Assembly: GCA_024704765.1 (NCBI GenBank)
Contig: JAKMXF010000308.1
Span: 286,026 to 350,025 of the forward strand
Source of the DNA: Oopsacas minuta
Lineage: Eukaryota > Animalia > Porifera
Length of the DNA: 64,000 bases
Reading direction: 5' to 3'
Shown: one piece after another, positions 61,822 through 64,000 of the stretch
How positions within the stretch are numbered: the stretch's first letter is position 1
How the letters are laid out: every line of letters begins with the position of its first letter
Position numbers and translations under genes: made by a program
The notes under the pieces: model-generated
Database searches by the model: none
What the model saw: only the letters and a program-made list of their open reading frames with translations
Told to the model about the DNA's origin: nothing

Positions 61822-62283
61822 TTGAAAATAGATGTATTGTCCGAGTTTGTTAGTCTGAAAAAGTGTAGATATATCCACATAGGGGGCGTGAAATTCGCAG
61901 ATTGGCCAAGGGGGCATGGGGTCAAAAAGAACCCCTATTCTAAGCATAGTCTCTCCTTCTTTATTAACTTTCTTTCATTCATTATGTTTATCCTTTGTTT
62001 ATTACTAGTTTCTGATTTTTCACTCAATTACAGACTAAAAGTGATGTTATCAGATCACCAATATCGTGATCGTAACCATCTTTTCTATCTTGGATTTTGC
62101 TTGATCACTTTGTGCACATGTCTCCCACCGATTTTAAGCTCCAATGGACTATACTCTAATGATATATATATGTCTTCATCAGTCATGTTTTATTTTTCAA
62201 TGATAATACCTTCAACTATCCTAGTACTCGTAATTGTTTTATGTGTCAATTGGATTGGATTTATGTTTTTTATCCATAATTGA
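61822..62283 (+). CDS. Putative multi-pass membrane protein (or last exon); true start uncertain
   Basis: 153-codon ORF with three to four hydrophobic segments, ending LCVNWIGFMFFIHN. No TE motifs. Family not recognised. Confidence 0.5.
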   Translation: MKIDVLSEFVSLKKCRYIHIGGVKFADWPRGHGVKKNPYSKHSLSFFINFLSFIMFILCLLLVSDFSLNYRLKVMLSDHQYRDRNHLFYLGFCLITLCTCLPPILSSNGLYSNDIYMSSSVMFYFSMIIPSTILVLVIVLCVNWIGFMFFIHN

Positions 62284-63289
62284 CAATTATTTGAGTTAAT
62301 CGAAATAATACATATCCTAAAGCAGGTATATGCACCCTTTTTTACTACAGTCAGTAGTAGGGGTTCTCAGCATGTAGTCATATGACGTAACTTCGTCACA
62401 CTTTTGTCCACAAAGAAATTTTCGTTATTTTTGGTCAGGTTGACCTTTTATGGCCATTTTTACCAAACATGAACAACGTGATCAAACTTAACCAAACTTG
62501 TACCAAAATTGTGTAACTTTTTGAAATGAAGCCTAATCATATTTTCATATTCTTAATCAGAATTCAATTTCCAGCGATTTGTTAGGGTTACTTGACCGCC
62601 CGCCGTCACATTTTTCGAAGAAATTCCGGATGAGAAACAAGTAATGTATTAGACATGACCTAAGGATGATCTTCTATTAGCCACTAAACTCCTCTGATAG
62701 GGATTGTTCCATGGGATTCGTAGTAACCTGCGCAGAAAATTCCACACTAGCTGTTTGAACCGTCGAGATATTTACTCTACTCAAGTGGCTTGGGAGTTCT
62801 GGTTGAACTTCGGGTCCTTGATGGTTGAGAACAATTCTCTTCTCGGTGTCCTTCTGTAGTATAGTAGCGTAGCCAGACCAGCGCATACACGGGCGTGCTC
62901 TAGTGACTCAGCAGCTCTAATAAACATAATTGCTAGACCTTTTTACAAAATGAATTTTAATATTGAATTTGATCTAGGATGTTAAATTAACCATAAGTCT
63001 TTTTTCATGGTACTTTATTAAATTGAAATTAGATTCATTCATTAAATTCATTTTTTCTTATCCTGTCCACATAATTTTATTCTCCTATTGGTCTAGTTAT
63101 TTAGTATATTGCCTCTTAAAATTGTTCAATACTATTATAAACTTGTACAACTAAGAATTGTAATTTATTAGATGGGTGGGACTTTGTTTCTAACTAAGTA
63201 CTATATTATTTTATCTTATTGTTAGTCTTTTACTTTACGAGATGAAGGGACAGCATACTCTATTCGATTGTAGGCACTTAGTATAAGAA

Positions 63290-63622
63290 AGTGATGGCCA
63301 AAAGTAAATGATGAAAGTCAACATCTTAGTGAGACTTAGAAAGTTACAGAAAAGTCTAATTGTTCAACATCTACAATTGGACTTGTCTGTAACTTACACA
63401 GACATTACATCGGAACGCTGTCAGAAGTAGAACTGCTATATGTATGCTGGTCAAGAAATTGCACTCAGAGGTCACAGAGAAACTTCTAATCCTGACAACA
63501 GGGCTAATTTCCGTGAATTTGATACTCTTATGGCTGCTCATGATCCCATATTCAGTCAGAATTATTTGTTGAGGGTTTGGAAAATGACCCAAAATATTAG
63601 CTTGGGAGAGCATGTTTTATAA
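63290..63622 (+). pseudogene. ZMYM1-like hAT transposase fragment (DUF4371-like)
   Basis: QEIALRGHRETSNPDNRANFREF..MAAHDP. Confidence 0.7.
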
Positions 63623-63824
63623 TGATTAATTAATTAAGTTTAATAAACCGTTTGGTTTTCTAAATGGATTTATAAAGATGGATTTATAGAAACGAGGACA
63701 TGATAGGACAGTTTTTATTTTATTAATTAGAAACCCTTTAGCATTGGGAGGGAATTAGGGATTTAGTTCACTTCCTTATTGGTTTGAGTGTTTTTCATTT
63801 GTACTCGTTATTAAGCTATCTAGG

Positions 63825-64000
63825 CACAGTGTGCCGATATGGCGTATTAGGCAAAATTTCAATTACGAATTTAACTACGTTTTTATGAATCTCCATCGTC
63901 GAATTAGTAGGAAATATTGACGACTGTATGTATTACCCATAGGAATTTCGATTACAGCGAGCTAAAGTAAGCATATTTTAGATTATTTTGAATAGCTAAC
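63825..64000 (+). mobile_element. 5' end of a second copy of the Transib/RAG1-like family, running out of the window
   Basis: CACAGTGTGCCGATATGGCGTATTAGG... matches the reverse complement of about 57910-58085 with scattered differences. Confidence 0.9.

Noticed and set aside
62677-62886. 69-aa ORF as a host exon
   Set aside because: It is short, has no domain, and has no clear splice context or partner exons.

Overview
AT-rich eukaryotic (animal-like) genomic DNA, mostly a mosaic of nested DNA transposons around a few short, apparently intronless host genes. Host genes: an NHR+SOCS-box (NEURL2-like) protein, SEC22, a secreted orphan and a small multi-pass membrane ORF. Mobile elements: several hAT families (Hermes/hobo-like, three Buster/ZBED5-like, ZMYM1-like remnants, many MITEs with 8-bp TSDs), two THAP/P-superfamily elements with long TIRs, a D34D mariner, a DD37E Tc1-like element, two MULE-type elements, Helitron/HINE-like repeats and a CR1/L2 LINE 3' end. 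Two loci stand out. (1) 54887-58085 is a Transib/RAG1-like transposon. Its degraded transposase has a segment resembling the RAG1 nonamer-binding domain, and both termini start with the RSS heptamer CACAGTG followed by a shared GTATTAGG box after 12-nt and 21-nt spacers. A second copy of one end starts at 63825. (2) About 31320-35472 is a NOF-like Mutator element with a 2A-like StopGo motif (CGDVEVNPGP) upstream of the transposase and an OTU deubiquitinase domain downstream. Many frameshifts in otherwise near-intact transposases are single-base losses in short homopolymers, so some may be assembly errors. The species cannot be determined from the sequence; an intron-poor invertebrate such as a glass sponge is only a guess. 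All alignments and translations outside the supplied ORF track were done by eye.
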